NCBI GenBank assembly: GCA_034780895.1
Contig: JAUZTB010000072.1
Span: 16,471,973-16,535,972, forward strand
Reading direction: 5' to 3'
DNA from: Rhynchobatus australiae
Taxonomy: Eukaryota
DNA: 64,000 nt
Shown here: piece after piece, positions 62,721 to 64,000 of the stretch
Layout of the letters: each line of letters opens with the position of its first letter
How positions within the stretch are numbered: the stretch's first letter is position 1
The notes under the pieces: generated by a model
What the model was told of the DNA's origin: nothing
What the model saw: only the letters and a program-made list of their open reading frames with translations
Database searches by the model: none
Position numbers and translations under genes: made by a program

Positions 62721-64000
62721 TAACTAGAGATTTTAGGAACACAAAATCTGTGAACTCAAAGCCCATATTATTTTTATCTTCTCTGATCACACCACCCCAT
62801 CTTACAAATGGATGGTTGGCCAAAGTTAGTCTTGAAGCCATTCCTGCTTGTCTGTATTTGGTCATTTATTATATGATTATCTTTTTGGGTGAAAATTCAT
62901 GCTGGGTCTTCCTTCTTGCTACCACTTTCTGTATTTTAACATGCCCTGGGCTCTGAATACTTTGTCATGAATGAATTTACATGGAGAGTTATGATTAATC
63001 TACAAAATAGTTAAAATTTCTGATGTCCAGGAGTCTATTTTCTGATTTGGTGCTTAATGCTCATCACTGTGGTCAGCACAGCTCAGTTAATAAAGTATTT
63101 GTCCCTAATTTAAGTTTTGTGCTTAAATTTCACTTTAGAAATCAAATGTAAAGTCTAGGCTAATGCTCTAAGCTTTCAAAAGTGGAATAATCCTTTTCCC
63201 TAGATAGATAAAATACTTTGCATAAAATATTAAATGGAAATCATGCAGTTGTTTCCATTTGATGCTGAAGCTCCATTGGTTATTTGAGGAAGAGCAACAA
63301 GTCCTTGTTGGTCAACATTCTTCCAACAATTTTTAAAAGAATGGTGCTCATTAAAGAGCAGTCTGGAATCTGAGAGTACCAGATTAGAAAATGGAAATAA
63401 CATTAAACATAAGTAAATTTAACTAAAGTATGAATTGCTCCCCAGGTGTTGCCAAGGGTGATATTTTTCAGAAAGAATTTCCTGGTAGTTGATTCAATAA
63501 CGTCAATGTCACCTTTGGATCAGGTCAGTTGAAAGGTGTATGCTATCAGGATTTAAAAGAAAGATAAATTAATTCTTGAAGGAATTACTCAAGTGTGATG
63601 TCTCCTCATTGTTACTTTGTTAATTATCTAAACTCCTTGCCGTCTTTAATCTATGCCACTATTGTTGATTCTTCTCATAGAATTTCAAAATCTAAATGAT
63701 GCTCATATTACATATATTGAACAAAGGAGGAGTTTACACTTCAGGCCAGAGTAATTCTGTGCATTGGTAGGAATGAGAGCACCATAAAAATGAGGAGAAA
63801 GGTTTGGAATGGAATCCTCTGTATATTATGTTGATAGTATTTTAAATATTCTCCTAGGAGAGATCCTTGCATGTCTTAAGGATCATAAAAATATTTGAAC
63901 AAGATGATGTTATCATCTTAGGGGCATTCATTTAAGGCTATGTTATGCAATTTAGCAGTTGAAACTCTCCCTGCAAAAAGCCATTTGGGTTCAATCAACT

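Noticed and set aside
57641-64000. Natriuretic peptide gene expected downstream of CLCN6 from vertebrate synteny (NPPA/NPPB/CNP)
   Set aside because: I saw no CFG..DRIG..S.LGC ring motif; it may lie beyond the window or in the gap at 60401-61267

Overview
This is gapped vertebrate genomic DNA. The repeat content (V-SINE/HE1-like, DeuSINE-like, CR1, Rex1/Babar-like, Penelope) suggests a cartilaginous fish, which is an inference. The window holds the conserved head-to-head gene pair MTHFR and CLCN6. MTHFR is on the minus strand with 11 coding exons (3849-12962, about 654 aa). CLCN6 is on the plus strand with 23 coding exons (17604-57640, about 866 aa). They share a CpG-island promoter at about 16.7-17.9 kb. 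Both spliced reading frames stay open wherever they can be read; three exons contain N runs. The points most worth a second look are: (1) a 33-bp CpG-dense minisatellite next to clustered CLEAR/E-box, CCAAT and GC-box motifs in the shared promoter; (2) a U12-type minor intron in CLCN6; (3) unusual MTHFR substitutions, including Ser at the human Ala222 position; (4) an inverted Penelope-like retroelement with a decayed hammerhead ribozyme, plus scattered hammerhead-derived remnants. I found no firm evidence of a wholly new biological system. Human comparisons and repeat family names are from memory, not from database searches.
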